The position numbers and the translations under genes were made by a program. This document shows, piece by piece, positions 12,630-26,744 of a stretch of DNA of 64,000 bases. The stretch lies in the NCBI RefSeq assembly GCF_964355755.1, contig NC_092671.1, positions 24,130,070 to 24,194,069 of the forward strand. The letters are read 5' to 3'. The stretch's first letter is position 1. Each line of letters opens with the position of its first letter. Below the pieces are notes generated by a model. The model was given only the letters and a program-made list of their open reading frames with translations, ran no database searches and was not told the origin of the DNA. This stretch comes from Antedon mediterranea (Eukaryota > Animalia > Echinodermata).

Positions 12630-12795
12630 CTAAAAAAAAAAAAACAATTTAAATATTTCAGATTTGTTTCTCAGGGTAAATTACCCATAATTTATGAATA
12701 GATAATGCAAATAATAAAATATTAAATAATTTAAATATACTTTAAAAGAAAGAGTTTGGAGAGCTTTTACAGACATTATTTATTTAAGTTATTAC

Positions 12796-12920
12796 CTCTG
12801 TTTCAGTTGGTTTTCTATTATGATCTGTTGTATTTGACGAATACTGAAGGTTGTCTACACTAGCAGTGAATTTTCCCGACACGGCATGGTTCATTAACTC
12901 AAGAGCACGGTTGAAATAAT
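12796..12920 (-). CDS. TFIP11: TFIP11 coding exon 12 (DYFNRALELMNHAVS...)
   Basis: FN.AL..MN.AV motif; tttaag acceptor, gtaata donor; phase 1/0. Confidence 0.88.
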
Positions 12921-14069
12921 CTTAAATCAAACAAAAATTAACAAACTTAATTATTATTCCTGCTCTCTACACTTGGCAATACTTAATTGACTAGACTTAG
13001 ATTTCCATTTTATTGGATGTTTCCTGTACAACTGTATTTTTATGCTGAATGAGACAAGGAGTAAAGAGTGTCCTTTAAATAAATTCCCTTCCGAAAGGGA
13101 AAAAAATAGTAAGTGCGTCGGTTAATTTCCCTGCCACTGTTCATCTTTAACTAGGGCTACTAGGTTTAAAAAAAAAAAAATAATGAGGTGAAAATGAACA
13201 ATATGTTTTAATTAGAAAGGTTGATCATGAACCATTCTATTGTTGCAATGTTAAAATGAGGTTATTTGCTTTGTTTGGAGCATTGTTTGCAGTAATTTAT
13301 AAACACATTTATTATAATAATAATGTATCCATTTTTAAAGCTAAAATTCCATGATGATGCTTTTTTGTCGATTTTATAAGTGGCTTGCAATATCGATGAC
13401 ATCATCAACAAACAAATGAAAGCACTCAGAAACCGAGTGAAGTACTTGGCAAAATATATCCACAGAGAGGGAGCATGTTGAAAGATACATTTTTTGCTTT
13501 AGGTATAAGTTTTACATGGTTAAAAATAGGCATGTTCTGTAAGTATATCTGTATGTACAGAATGAAATAAGGAATGACGCATAGTATACTCAAAAACTGA
13601 TTATCAACTAACAATAGTTTAATTTGAATAACAATAGGACAGCACTGCAAAAAACTAGTGGGTGAATTTGAAAAGAAATAGGTTTTTAAAAACTACTTGT
13701 ATCAAAAAACCTGTACATTTAAATCAAATTATGTTTTAAAATTACAAATCAATAATTATAACTCCTGCCTCTTGTACAAACAAGTTTTTTGGACAAGTAG
13801 TTCGAGAAAATGCAATTTCAGTTTACTTGTTACTTTAAGACTGCTCGCCGGCTTTTGAAAATTGTCTCCTATCTTTTAACACTAGCTGGTCTGAAAATAA
13901 TATCATTTTTGGATGGTCTGAAAGTATATACCTATCTACCCCGAAAAATTCAGAATGATAACTTCAAAATTGTAAGCGCTATCGTGCTAACAAACATACA
14001 TACAAATAAAGCAACTACTATACTATATATATCTCTTTTTTTTAAAACCTATATTATTTACACTAAATG

Positions 14070-16920
14070 AATACAGGAATCAGAAAATTGCTCAAATGTA
14101 TGAGAAACAGAGTTTTGTGATACGTTGGGGATCTGTTTCAAATCCATTTACAGTATCCAATGGAGTTAGACAGGGTGGGGTTATGTCCCTTCTCCTTTAT
14201 AATATACTAACAATTATGCTTGCCCCAGGGCGGGTTTTAAAATTAGTTTAAAGCCTTCTCAGTACATAACACACATACCTCCCTATACTCACCAACCCCC
14301 ACCTCTCTTCAATAACACCCCACACTCTTTTTTAAAAACAAATTCTTCCCAGTACAAATTTAATTCAAGTTCAGTTTCAAATTGAGAGGGTACACATAGC
14401 TACAATAGGCCATACATAGCTACAATAGGCCTATGGTTTAAGTACGTTGTAAACTGTGTAAATAAATAGGTGTCATATTGGCTGATAATTAAAATATCTA
14501 ATTTTGATACTGCTGCCCCCTAGCTTTTTTTCTCCTCTCACCATCCAAGCCACAATCAACAAACCTTAACTCCTCCCCTGGACAGTTCAAATGTAGTAGC
14601 TTTTCCTATTACAATTCCAATCATAGGCTACTTCATTACGCCAGTATTTTCGGTCCTCCTCCTCCCTCTTCAAACACACCCCAGATACTGGGTGATGTGT
14701 TTAAGAAGGTTCCAGTTAAAATTATGTTAGCCATCACTCCCAACCGATAATCCCTCAGTGGCAGTTTAAAACATTTCCAACACAGTTTCGGTCTTGGTGA
14801 TAGGCATACTATACATCCTCACCCCAAACTCCCAGCCACTTTCCAGGGATAATTAAAATACTTTAACATTTTCCAACTACAATTCCCGGTACAATTGCGA
14901 TCATTTTGTTATCCCATATGTATGGTTACATGCAGAAATAGAAATTTATATAACGAACAAACATCGAAAGTGGGCCATTTTGACCACATTGTGGCCCCTA
15001 ACATGGATCCTAGATGGCGGATGATGTTGAAATATAGTGGTAGAGAACGTGTATACGTTCACACAGGAATAGATGTCTGTAATGAGACAATCCAAGAGAC
15101 TGATACATAGCTGGATATGGTTAAATTAAAGTACTTTGCTAAATGTGTAAATGAATAGGTGTCATAAATGGTAGAGAACGTGTATATGTTCACACAGGAA
15201 TGGATATCTGTAATGAGACAATCCAAGAGACCGATATGGAAAGTACTTTGCTAAATGTGTAAATGAATAGGTATCATATTGGTTAATGATTAAAATATGT
15301 ATATCTATATCTATATTTCCCCAAAGCCCTTCTTAAGGATAATTCAAATACTGTAAAACATTTGTAGTATAATTTTACAATTCGATAGCCTACAATCCCG
15401 AGCCCAAGCAAAAATGAAATCACAAACCACCCCCACCCCCTCCCCCTGCCACAAAAACCCCAGGACTCGGGGAATTTTTAAATGTAGTTCAAAACCTTCC
15501 GGGTACAATTGCGATCATTTTAAAACCCCATATGTATGGTTACGTACAGAAACAGAAATTTGTATAATGAACAAACAGACAGAAAAACTCTCTCATTTAT
15601 TACCTCCGCCAAGGAGGTTATGTTTTCACCCCTGTATGTTTGTGTGTGTGTTTGTGTGTGTGTCTGTGAACAGCCTGGAGGCCACAGTTTTTATCCGATT
15701 CTAACCAAATTTGGACACAATGATCTATGCCCAAAAAGCTCGGACGAGTTTGAATTTGAGGGGGAAAGGTAATAGGTCAAGGTCACAACTAACAAAAAAC
15801 TATTTTACTGCCTAGAGACCACAGTTTTGATCCGATTCTCACCAAACTTAGCCACAATGATCAATGACACATCATATAATTGTGGTTAAATTTTGAAGGG
15901 TCAGGGTCAAAGATCAAGGTCCACAAAAAACAAACAAAAAAAGTAATAAAAAAAACAAAAAACCCTCAGTGGGGCTTGAACCAGCGATCTCAACTGTGAG
16001 AGGCTGGATACATAACCATTACACCACACTGTCATCCACAACTTTGTAGTGTGCAGTTAACATATTTACACTTAGAACTAATTAAAAAAAATGTAAAAAA
16101 AAAAATATTCAGGGGGAATTTTATGTAGGGGAATTTTACTGTAGGCGGAGGTTTGTACTCTCGGAGTACCCTCTAGTAATATAGATAAATTAGTACTCTT
16201 AATTGTAGACTAAGTGGTTTGTGTCAGGGTTGCCAATGTAGAAACATTATCTTAGTTATGCGGATGATCTTGTTCTACTTCCCCACCTCAGTTGCTGGTC
16301 TCCAGCGATTAGTACGTGTTTGTGAAGAGTTTTCGCAAGAGAATGATGTTTTATTTAATGATAAGAAATCTTTTTGTATGCGTTTCTGTCCTCGTACTTT
16401 ATTTATTTATTTATTTATTTTTTATTTATTTCATGTGATTGCAGTGATGAGACTTGATTGAATTGATTGAAATTTATATTCAAAGTCAGTACAGATCTTT
16501 GTGTATTAGAAGCAACTCACTCAATCGCAAATTTATGAAATCTTCTACCAATGTTAAATTTTGTCTCTTTAGATCTTACTGTATTAATATGTATTATGCA
16601 GCCCTTTGGTGTAACTATAGTATGAAGACTATAAGATCTCTTAATGTATGCTACAATAATGCTCTGCACCGTATACCTCTAGAAGTAGTAGTGCCAGTGT
16701 AATGTTTATTGAACATGGTGTCCCTTCCTTTAATGAGTACATATGCGAAAATCTACATTTCATGCAACGTATGTTGAATAATGGTAACATCCTTGTTGCT
16801 TGTGTTTGCAAACATATGCTCCATAACTCCAAAATGTATTTTGTAGATGGAGAAGCATTCTATATACTTAAGTTTAGAGTTTAAGATTTTTCTTTTTCTG
16901 TTTATAAGTTTTTAATATGG
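14070..16920 (+). mobile_element. Decayed LINE (RTE-X-like) split by nested insertions in TFIP11 intron 11
   Basis: NGVRQGGVMS at ~14160 resumes as SYADDLVL at ~16255, then QYRSLCIRSN..LFRSYC..ALWCNY. Confidence 0.65.
15600..16177 (+). mobile_element. Helentron/HINE-like element (cctccgcc family) with GT microsatellite and tRNA-derived segment
   Basis: 5' tacctccgccaaggagg, 3' ggcggagg + gtactc/gagtac hairpin + ctagt; second, expanded copy at 34224-40808. Confidence 0.65.
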
Positions 16921-16924
16921 ATGA

Positions 16925-18160
16925 CAGGGGCGGATCCAGGATTTTGAAATAGGGGGGGCGTAGGTTTGCGAAACACTGGCTGGGGGCCAGCGCATTGTAA
17001 GTCGTTTAAAACGATTTACAAACAATTCATAATGTCATTTACCAAACACTCTAAAGCTCGCAAATTACGACATGTGGAACATGCAGCTGATACTTACCTA
17101 GGGTACTAAAGCAAGCTAACAACTTGCCTGTACTTTACATCTAAATTTTTACAACGCGACGATGTTTTTCAGCTTTTATATAAGCATAAACTTGTCCTAG
17201 CCTAGGCCGGTATTATTTTCTTACACGCGCGCCGGGTCGATCGCGGTGACGTCTACTTCTTCGCATCCATCATCCATGCAGCTAAAGTAAAATGACGTCA
17301 CGTTAAAGCGAGTCGTCACAGAGTCTCATGCATATTAATGAAGCAAACTTGCTGAGAGTGTTTTCCACCACCACGCAACACATGCGACGCGAGATTTATC
17401 GAAACTCCGAGCCATCGACTGACGATCATGTTTTTGACAATTAAAATCACGGCATATTCAACGACCTGGTTTAAACGATCGTTTAAAAATTAGCGGTCCG
17501 GCTCGATCATCATTACATTATATTTAGTGATTTGAAAAAAACAAAACACCCCTTTTGTCATCGCGATTTGTTTATGAGACTCATCGACGGAAAAGCAAAT
17601 AAAACACTACAAGGCCCGGTCATGAAATGCTGCATGCAGCATTGTTAATATTTTAATAGTAATATGTTTTAATAAAATATAGGCCTAACGGGATAATTTT
17701 CATAGGCACTACAGTCCTAGCCTTTGTTTTTATTGTATTTAATAAATGGGCGCGTAGTGTAGCACTGACCATGTGACTTCATAAACTCTATTGATCGTCG
17801 GAGGTACGTACCGCTACTCTACAACGGGAGTGACGATCACAAAGGATGCCGACCTGCTTAGTAAAACGCGACCAAGCTCACCACGTGGCTTTTATCAACT
17901 TGCTCCTTTTAGTTTTACACTTAACTGTGAATGATCGTTGGTAACGCTAGAGATTGATAGTACACAAAGGATGTCGACGTACATGCTTGGTGAAATGCGA
18001 TCAAGCTGACGATGTGCTCCGACGTACTATTTTCACTATGAAAATGACCGTCGAAACGATACGTGTTTTTAAAATCTATTTAATTTAAAAAAAAAAAAAA
18101 AAATCTTTAAAAAATAGGGGGGGCGTACGCCCCACACGCCCCCCGCTAGATCCGCCACTG
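16925..18160 (+). mobile_element. Non-autonomous hAT-like (hAT5-type) element, copy 1
   Basis: caggggcggatc / gatccgccactg TIRs, 5-bp TSD gatga; near-identical inverted copy at 41096-42411. Confidence 0.85.
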
Positions 18161-18281
18161 GATGATATTTCCGAAATAAAAAGAAATTGAAATTAAAAAG
18201 TTTTTATGCAAGAATAGTCAAAAGAGTAAATCTAAATACTAACATAAATTTATATTAAGTCTTGTTAAATGAAAAACATAC

Positions 18282-18488
18282 CTTTAACTGAAGGATGTGA
18301 GAGGAGATTTTCATTGAAAAGCCTCTTCCAGCCAAGGTACCAATTTGTAACCTCATCATAATTTGGACTGTTGCCAAGCCAGGTATTAAGTACATTCAAC
18401 CACTTGGGGAAAAAATTCTTCTCAAGTAAGCCTACCATGCTTGGTAGAGGTGTTAACTCATCCCATGACATCACCCAGTGAAATGGCT
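18282..18488 (-). CDS. TFIP11: TFIP11 coding exon 11 (FFPKWL...PNYDEVTNWYLGWK)
   Basis: ORF track 18265..18474; diagnostic motif; gtatgt donor. Confidence 0.95.
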
Positions 18489-18814
18489 CTACATTAAAAG
18501 CAAAATCAAAATGATGCTAACAACTGAAAAAGACATATATTAGCTTTATCATCATATTTTTGTTCAAATCAAATCCAATCAACTTTAACAAACAAGAAAA
18601 CAACAGATACTTTGCTATAAATGCTATTTGAAACATATTTGCTGCTTACAGTAAATTACTTTTTTTGACACTAGGGACACCCAGTTTTGCTGAAATTAAC
18701 TCATTTTTACTATGGCAGTGAGAAGCAGTGATTTGTGCACAATTTACAGGCAATGTTTTTTAAATCACTGTGTAGCTCTGTGCAGTATATCAATGATCAT
18801 TTTTATTTAACCTT

Positions 18815-19060
18815 ATTTATAGAGGTGATGATGAGTTATGATTGTGTCTATGTGTGACAGTGGCTGTGTGTATACTAGTAAACCGGGGTAACACCCTACT
18901 TGATGTACTAGGTTCATTAAAGGGCACATGAGCCAGATGTGTACACTGGACATACAGTTTACAGTCCTTATCCGAGAAGACTTGTTCTACCACCAGAACC
19001 AGTGGGACTCGAACCCTTGCCAATGTTATGGCTATGTATTATCTGCTTGGCCACTCACTC
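18815..19060 (-). mobile_element. tRNA-derived SINE-like repeat
   Basis: Minus-strand A/B-box-like head (tggccaagc...gggttcgagtcccact) and A-rich tail. Confidence 0.5.
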
Positions 19061-19341
19061 ACTCATATTATGTTATATTGTGCAAAACAAATTCTGTCAG
19101 CATATATATCCCTTAATAAATCATTCTTTTCTAATATATGCTTGGAAATGAGACAATTTGGTGTTCAGGATATACATGTTTTTGGACATAATTCTATACT
19201 AAATTAAGAATAGGAGTGATTTTCGGACCGAAATTCTGAGATTCTATATTCCAGTTTGTTGTATTTGGAGACTGCATTCTATCGAAAGTTAATATAAAAA
19301 CAATAAATTGTAAATGATTCAAAACAATAACAGCAACGTAC

Positions 19342-19560
19342 CAAGATGTTGTTGGTAAGGATTGATTAAAAACTCTTGCAAGCAAACTGCTAGTTTTGGC
19401 AAGATATTTCTAATCACAAATGTTCCCATTGCTCCTTTGTTAAAAACTGGTTTCCACGGCATTAAGATAGTTTTCGCTGACCCATCACTTGGGTGCCAGT
19501 TTATCAAGCAATTGGCAAGTTTTTGCCGGATTGGTACATATAAAGGTTCAAGTTTCAGCT
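19342..19560 (-). CDS. TFIP11: TFIP11 coding exon 10 (LEPLYVPIRQKL...WHPSDGSAK...INPYQQHL)
   Basis: ORF track 19319..19630; ttttacag and gtacgt sites. Confidence 0.95.
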
Positions 19561-20233
19561 CTGTAAAAGAATGCAACAACTTAAATAATAATACTGTATT
19601 TATACAAATTAAATAAATGTTGCAGGGCATTTATTTATTTCCTTAAATAAATGCCCCACCTGCATGCATATTTACACAACACATTTCTATTTGTAGTAGA
19701 ATTCATTGACTTCCATGATCTACAATTGACGAAGGATTTGTTACTCATTTTTACTGTATTTGATCACTTCTTGAAATTGTGTTGTGTTGTATTTTGTTCA
19801 TATCTAGCGGGTATTTATTTGATCATACACGTTACCATATTACACCAAAAAAAAAAAGCTTCCTGAACAATAAACGCCCTGGCCGTTTATTTAAATAAGT
19901 ACGGTAACAAAATTTATTTGGTCACCAATGAATAACAATCAGGAGTGAAAATAGGCTAAAGCTCAAAAAGACCCAACACTGACTCCATAACAACATGTCT
20001 ATAAAGGCACTGGTTGCTACTTTGAACACAAATGATTAATTTGGCACATGAACGCTAGTTGATCATACCCAGTACCGTTTTGATCGTGTTATCATTCGGG
20101 AAAACACCTCCCAACACTACTTCACAGTCATTCTATGTGATTACATACTTAGAATATTATATCATTTATGTGCCATTTACTCTACATACACAAAACACTA
20201 ATTATGTTTCCAAATTTATAAATGTACACATAC

Positions 20234-20395
20234 CCATAAATGGTAACCAGGGATGTAACCATGAGTGAATTGGAACTGGATCTGTTAATGGATTCCATTC
20301 ATCTACCTGTCGTTGTAGCTTGGGATAAATCAGTTGATCCTGAATGTTTATGGTCACCCAACTTGGAAGCAATGGAGCCCAAGCATTCAGTAGAC
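20234..20395 (-). CDS. TFIP11: TFIP11 coding exon 9 ([32 protein letters not shown])
   Basis: Near-invariant WNPLTD.VPIHSW.HPWLP motif; ttaag acceptor, gtatgt donor. Confidence 0.95.
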
Positions 20396-20488
20396 CTTAA
20401 AATAATAACACAAAACTATATGATTATGATTTGTTTATTTACAGTGTTTATTTTTACAATTAGATCAAATAAACCAAAAGTTTATTTA

Positions 20489-23016
20489 TAGTCAGGTACC
20501 TCATGTATGAAAATAGGGGTTCCATAGGATTTTAATGCCCAAAGTGAGATTTCACTTTATTATGGTGCTAGGATACCAAAATGCAAGGTACCAAAATTTC
20601 ATGATTTTTACGACCGGATTGCTATTTTTTTGGTACTATTGACCCTTGACCTGGACTCATACTGCATCTTAAAATTGGCTGGTCATAGAAATTTAAAAAT
20701 GGTCTCAAATTGCTCAGACCATACATATTTATATTTATTGTAATGCAATACTTTGTTAGAAAATGACCGGAAGTAAAGTTAATGACCATTGACATAGAGA
20801 ATAGCTATTTACAGTAGAATTGTAATTCTCGAATGGGATTCGAACAACCTCCAGATCACTAGTCTAGCATTCACTAGGCTAATTGATGATGCGCATTTAG
20901 TTGTCTTTTCTAAACTCACACATTTTCAAAGACTGGTTTTAATTGCCACTTTGAACCTCTATAAATGTATTTTATTGAAGATTTCTGATTTGGCTAAAAG
21001 TAGCAAATGCCAAACTTAGATTGATGGTAATTATCAGGAGGGTATCTTGCAGATTTTGTTTTGCCCATGACGGGTTTTTATTTATTTGCTCATCTGATAC
21101 ATTGCCATCAAGCTTGGCTTGACGCAGATGACCCAATAACAGAGAATAAAAGAATGTAATTAGTTAGAATGTAAAGACAAAATTCTGCATTTAAATAACG
21201 CACTTTTCCTGGATCAGGCTCTACTGTAGAACAGAAGGAAAAGCTGTTAAAATGGATTGGTGGTCTTGTTGGCATTACTCTCAAGATGAGGTTTCCCTTG
21301 AAAAAATGATTACTACCTTGCTGCACAAACGACTGACTAGATGGATTTCCTTTTTTTTTTTCAGGGGAATCAAACTCACTCAAATGGCAGTCAATTGGAA
21401 GATTGCTTTTCATATCTCAAAACATCCAAGAAGCAGAACCAAGAAATGTCTAACCAAGCACTCAAATTGTCATCTATGACCACTTAATAATGTATGGCTG
21501 GCAGTACAGTAGTTCAATGTATGAGAAACCTCTATATATGAAAATGTTTCAAGAAGAACAAGCATAAAAGGTACAAAAGTTAAAGAATCAACCACTGTCA
21601 CTCCTTGACCGACTTAGTGGCGACGAGGATGCCGACACCTTAATTCCTCTGCATGGTATTGATCCAGTTTCTTATCAAGAAAAAAGTATAGAGTATCACG
21701 ATGTGACAACACAAAGATAAGGGTGCTACATGGTTGTTAGCCAACCAAAAAATGCTACTATGTAAAGATCTGTATTTCTATCAAATTATGTATCTTAGCT
21801 TGATTTTGTTTAACCTAAAGCTGTAGTTGAAGAATAAATAGAGTAAAAAATAAATATTTAGTGATCTTTTGAAATTTTAGTTTGTTTTTATTGAAAATTA
21901 TTAAGTTTTAAAATGACTACTTAAATAAACCTATTCTAAACCATTGGTGACCTTAGAATCATTCAGACAGGTTGAACGCATTTTTTGGTTGCGCTAGCAA
22001 CCACGCAACGCCACCTACCGTCGTGACATCAGCACCGTGATACTCAATAGCAAATTAACATTCCAGAAAGGGTTCAGGAAGAATCTATTGGACTACGTAA
22101 TTTTAGTGCAGTGGATGGAAGTAAAATTAATACAGTGCGATGAATTTCTACTGTAACTTTTACTATCGTGATAACAATATGTATAAACCCATTTTTTAAT
22201 CCTTACCACAAGTAATTACCAATACATCAAGTTCATGTTTATTAGGTCAAAAGTCAATAACTTTACTTCCAGTCATTTTTTCACAAAGTATTTCATTATA
22301 AATATCTAGATCCGAACTTCTCTTGAGGAGGTATTGCGACTCATTAACAAGCATTTTAGCCACGGGATCCTCAAATCATAACTAAATGCCCTTCCACGTC
22401 CAATTTCAGAGTACGGCTTACCCGCCTGGCTACCATATGAGAATGGCGATATGACGGCATCATATGATGACCACATGCTGTATGGATCGGGATATCCCAC
22501 ATCAGTGGAGACTTATTGATCTGAATATGTGTTCTTTGAAAAATATCGCCCTTCTATGTCCAATTTTAGAGTACGGCTGACCCGCCTGGCTACCATATGA
22601 GAATGGCGATATGACGGCATCATATGATGACCACATGCTGTATGGATCGGGATATCCCACATCAGTGGAGACTTATTGATCTGAATATGTGTTCTTAGAA
22701 AAATATCGCCCTTCTATGTCCAATTTTAGAGTACGGCTTACCCGCTTGGCTACCATATGAGAACGGCGATATGACGACATCGTAGGATGACCATATGCTA
22801 TATGGATCGGTATAACCCATATTTTGATACCAACATCTTGTTGATAGACCATAGGGTTACGGAGACAGGGCGAATTGGGCACTATTTTGAAATGTGGATC
22901 ATGGTTACAGGTATTGTAAAAATGTGTTACCTAACATTTTTGGTATTCTTGTACTGTAATAAAGTGAAATCTCACTTTGGGCATTAAAATCCTACAGAAT
23001 TACAGGACCCTGACTA
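20489..23016. mobile_element. Non-autonomous Academ-like DNA transposon in TFIP11 intron 8
   Basis: TAG...CTA termini, 3-bp TSD tta, subterminal inverted match ggattttaatgcccaaagtgagatttcactttatta. Confidence 0.72.
22390..22820. repeat. Tandem repeat, 160-bp unit x ~2.7
   Basis: gtccaattt.agagtacggct.acccgc..ggctaccatatgaga recurs with period 160. Confidence 0.92.
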
Positions 23017-23214
23017 TTAGAATAATTTGAATCGTACACGTCTGGTAGTACACATTAAAAAGCAAGTGCATCTTAAAATGCAGATTAGCATGGTGTACTG
23101 GTCCATCTCAGCCCTTGTATGGTGGACACTGCATTCTGTGGCTGCCCTGGTTCCATGAGAAAAAAAAAATTATGTACTACATTAAAGTCTCTACAACAAA
23201 TGCATACCACTTAC

Positions 23215-23437
23215 CAATAATTGAATCACAGCTTTTGATATTACAGTTTGTGACCGTTCTTCTAAATATTGGCATCCACAATTCCCAAATTAATCTTTCA
23301 TAAACAGTAATGATGTGTCCTGATTCTAATTTCATACGATTGTTTTTGTTGTCAAGGAATGCTTTTAATCTTTCAAATAGAGGAATATGCTCTTCATTGC
23401 TCTGCATTGGGTCCCAGAAGGCAACTTCCGTTTGTAC
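23215..23437 (-). CDS. TFIP11: TFIP11 coding exon 8 (WDPM...YERLIWELWMP; GCFC domain)
   Basis: cctag acceptor, gtaagt donor; TFIP11 motif RLIW..WMP. Confidence 0.93.
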
Positions 23438-23676
23438 CTAGGAGACGAAATCATGTAATTTGTGTTACTTTTTTATTTGAACATTAATTTATTGCAAGTA
23501 TCATTTTTAATTTATTTATTTCAAATTTCACACTAAAATCAATATTGACCATTGACCATTGTCTATAGATTAACATGGGCAAATCCCAACACAGAAGTGG
23601 TCAATACAATAGTAGTGTTTTAATACTGAATTATGTTAAATTATATGCTTGTTTAAAGAAACTAAATGTTACTTAC

Positions 23677-23824
23677 TAAAGGAAAGATAATGTTGACTGC
23701 GATCTGAGGAATCTGAAAAACTCTATACTCATTTGCAAAATCCATCTGCAATTCTTTAAAGATGTTTTCACAGTCTACTAATGTCAAAGGGTTCGCAGAA
23801 GCTGGTTTACTGTTTTCTTCACAC
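23677..23824 (-). CDS. TFIP11: TFIP11 coding exon 7 (PLTLVDCENIFKELQMDFANEY)
   Basis: In-frame with exons 6 and 8; gtaagt donor. Confidence 0.92.
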
Positions 23825-24234
23825 CTACCATGTTTACAAATTTATTTAAAAAGTAAAATAATATTAACAACAAATAGATACATTCAGATTATGATATTAC
23901 ATTTTCTTTTTAAGATTGTTCAATGTGCTTGTGGGATATAATAACACATAACAGCTCTTTTTAAAATAGAGAAACACCTTTTATTTTACCATGCAGATTA
24001 ATTAAACTATGTAGCATTTTGATACAACAAACTAAAGATGATGTGATGTGATGTTATTTATTAATAACAGCATTGTTCACATTTGACGAGCTAGACAGAT
24101 ATTATACCACATAGGCAACGTTCATAACAAAAATACAATAAACAATGGCCTATGATATTCCTAGCCTATGATATCACTAGTGATGGTTTATTTGGCCATG
24201 CCATACCAATAATCTTCAAACAAAACTAAATTAC

Positions 24235-24357
24235 CTTTCAACAATTTGCATGACCTTCTTGAGTCGTATGACCTGTTGCTTTTCTTGTTGTAATATTCCA
24301 CTGATTTTTCGCTTTTCATGTTCTAAGTTTACAATCATGTCCTGCTCATGTTGCAGC
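24235..24357 (-). CDS. TFIP11: TFIP11 coding exon 6 (coiled coil LQHEQDMIVNLEHEK)
   Basis: Phases 2/2 consistent with neighbours; tttag and gtaatt sites. Confidence 0.92.
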
Positions 24358-24757
24358 CTAAAAAAAACTTACTTCATTCAAAGAGGAGTACTACAGAAAC
24401 TAAGAATATTTTGTTTGTACTAGAACTTTGTTATTTTTGTTATGAAAACACTTTGGTTGGATCATTTAAAGATACTGCTAATATATATTTCAAATTTCAA
24501 ATTGTGCACTTATTGCGCAATTTGTTGAAAAAAAATGTAACATGAAACATAGTAGGCATAAAAGAGGAAGCCGTGTATTCACAAGGCATTCCTCGACAAT
24601 GTCAGCTCATCCACGGAACGATGGGAGGATTGTTGTTTTTTCTGTCTAATTTATTGTCTTTTTATTATAAAACAGGCCTAGGCCTAGAAAAATCGCTTTA
24701 TTCGATATCTTGATTCAAATTGTGCAAATCGCAAAACTAATAAGAAACATTTCTTAC

Positions 24758-25059
24758 TGTCTATTATTCTGTATGATTTGTTGTTCAGCCATGTCTACCA
24801 GCAGATCAATGTTATGTTGTAACTCAGGCATTTCAAATGCTCTTTCATCATTTGCTAATGAATCAAATGTGTCTTCTGGTCTGTCATGCTGTTGACCTAT
24901 CTTGTCGTAACCATCAAGTACCCTCTGCTCAGGACCGGTCATGTCAATTACTTTCACACCTGAAATAGTAGTTTCACCAGTAGCTTTTCTTTTCTTCATT
25001 TTACCAGACTTTATTACCTCTTCAGCTGTCTTATATACATATGAAGGCTTCTTTCTTGT
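24758..25059 (-). CDS. TFIP11: TFIP11 coding exon 5 (KPSYVYKT...VKVIDMTGPEQRVL...PELQHNIDLLVDMAEQ)
   Basis: Highly diagnostic TFIP11 motifs VIDMTG.EQ and PEL.HN..LL; atag acceptor, gtaag donor. Confidence 0.95.
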
Positions 25060-25199
25060 CTATATTGATAAAATTAAGAAAACCTTCTTTATGTTATAAT
25101 TTTGCAACATCTACAAATTAGAGCTAACATCACAACTTAATTTACACAATCATAGAAATATTGATGAGCAAATAACAATTACTGTCTATATTTTCTCAC

Positions 25200-25409
25200 C
25201 TCAGCTCCAATTTTCCACTGTTGCAATTCTTGTTTAAATTCATTCTCTTCTTGTTCATCTTGATCAACAGGTCTGTATTTTTTCGATATGCGGACACCTT
25301 CTGGACCATGAGCACCTATTGCTCCTTTGCCAGCCCTTTTCTTTGCCTCTACTGGTCTTACTATGCCTTGGTTGTCTTTACCCAAGCCTTTACCAGGAAC
25401 ATATCCCAT
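25200..25409 (-). CDS. TFIP11: TFIP11 coding exon 4 (G-patch MGYVPGKGLGKDNQGIVRPVEAK)
   Basis: ORF track 25179..25409; G-patch consensus; ag/gtgag boundaries. Confidence 0.95.
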
Positions 25410-26117
25410 CTAAAATATTTAAGAAAGGTTTAAGGGTTTAAATGTAGGGTTTCTTCCACATTGTGAATCACATAATCAAATGTTTTTTTCTTTCAAAATA
25501 ATAAGATAATATAATTTCAGTATTAAATGATAGTTGTAACATTCAACAGTATATATAATATATAAAAAAATAGTGTTCAAAGTTATAAATTAATCTTTTT
25601 AAAGTGTTGCTTATCACTTGGTGTACAATAAAAAAATGGTAAAAGATTGAAGAAACAATATGAGTTGGTTGGACAACATAGCAATGAAAGACAAATGGAA
25701 ATCCACTAGAAGCAATTGCAAGTGTGTGAAAGCAAACTTGACTGAAAATGATGTTTGAATGAACCGAATGAAATTATTTTTTCCCCCATTACTGCTAAAA
25801 TGAGAAGTTAGGCTGTAAACCATTTGAAAATGCAGCGCTCCAATTTTGGACAGGAAGAAAAAGAAATATAGATGACTGTACAGGTTGATTTTCAAACATT
25901 ATCGCAGAAATATTGGGACTCATGTCCTCGCTACAACTTGACACAGGTTGATGGTTTGTAGGTCTAGGACAACACATCAATTGACCTGACCTAGATTATG
26001 TAGTGTCTTTTGATGTCAGACGAAAAGGTTCATTGGAATAGTTTACTGAATATCATGTTGCCCACAATTCCTCCAATCAAATTGCCAAATTTACTTCGGT
26101 TTTTTATATTAACTTAC

Positions 26118-26279
26118 ATCTTTCATAAGTTTTTCTCCTATTCCTGTAGTATGCCTTTGCCAGTCACCCATGTTTTTATCTGGATGCATCAACTCCTGAT
26201 GTCGTATGTCAGCAGTTGTTCGACCTTTGTTGGCTTTTGGTTCAATTACAACACTGGCATTTACTGAACATGGTTTATC
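26118..26279 (-). CDS. TFIP11: TFIP11 coding exon 3 (start of G-patch: MGDWQRHTTGIGEKLMKD)
   Basis: tttacag acceptor, gtaagt donor, 162 nt phase 0/0. Confidence 0.93.
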
Positions 26280-26744
26280 CTGTAAAGTACAATTAAAATA
26301 TTAAACCAAATAATGATATAAATAGGATAAATAAAAGAGTAATAAAATCGTAACTTTTAGATTCTGTGAAAAACATTAAATAATCCTTTTATTTAGCACA
26401 TCATAAGTAAAAAATTCATATATAAACAGACAGCATCAAATTAATTGGTATGGCAATCATAAACTTTTCAGTGTAATTTGCAATTTTAAATTTAACATAA
26501 CATTGGTTTTTAATTTTCATCATTTAAGAAAAATTCAGAATGTCCATTATTTAAAATGTAGATGCCATAACAAATGATGGTTTGTATTTGAAAAATGAAA
26601 TTCATAAACACACTCTGGAATTGCGTTGGACGATCCATTTTATGTAAGAATTGATGAATTATCTCTCTATACTACAGTACCATCTAAAATTTACACAACA
26701 AATCCAATGCTACTATGTAAGTTAGAATACATTGCTATATTTAC

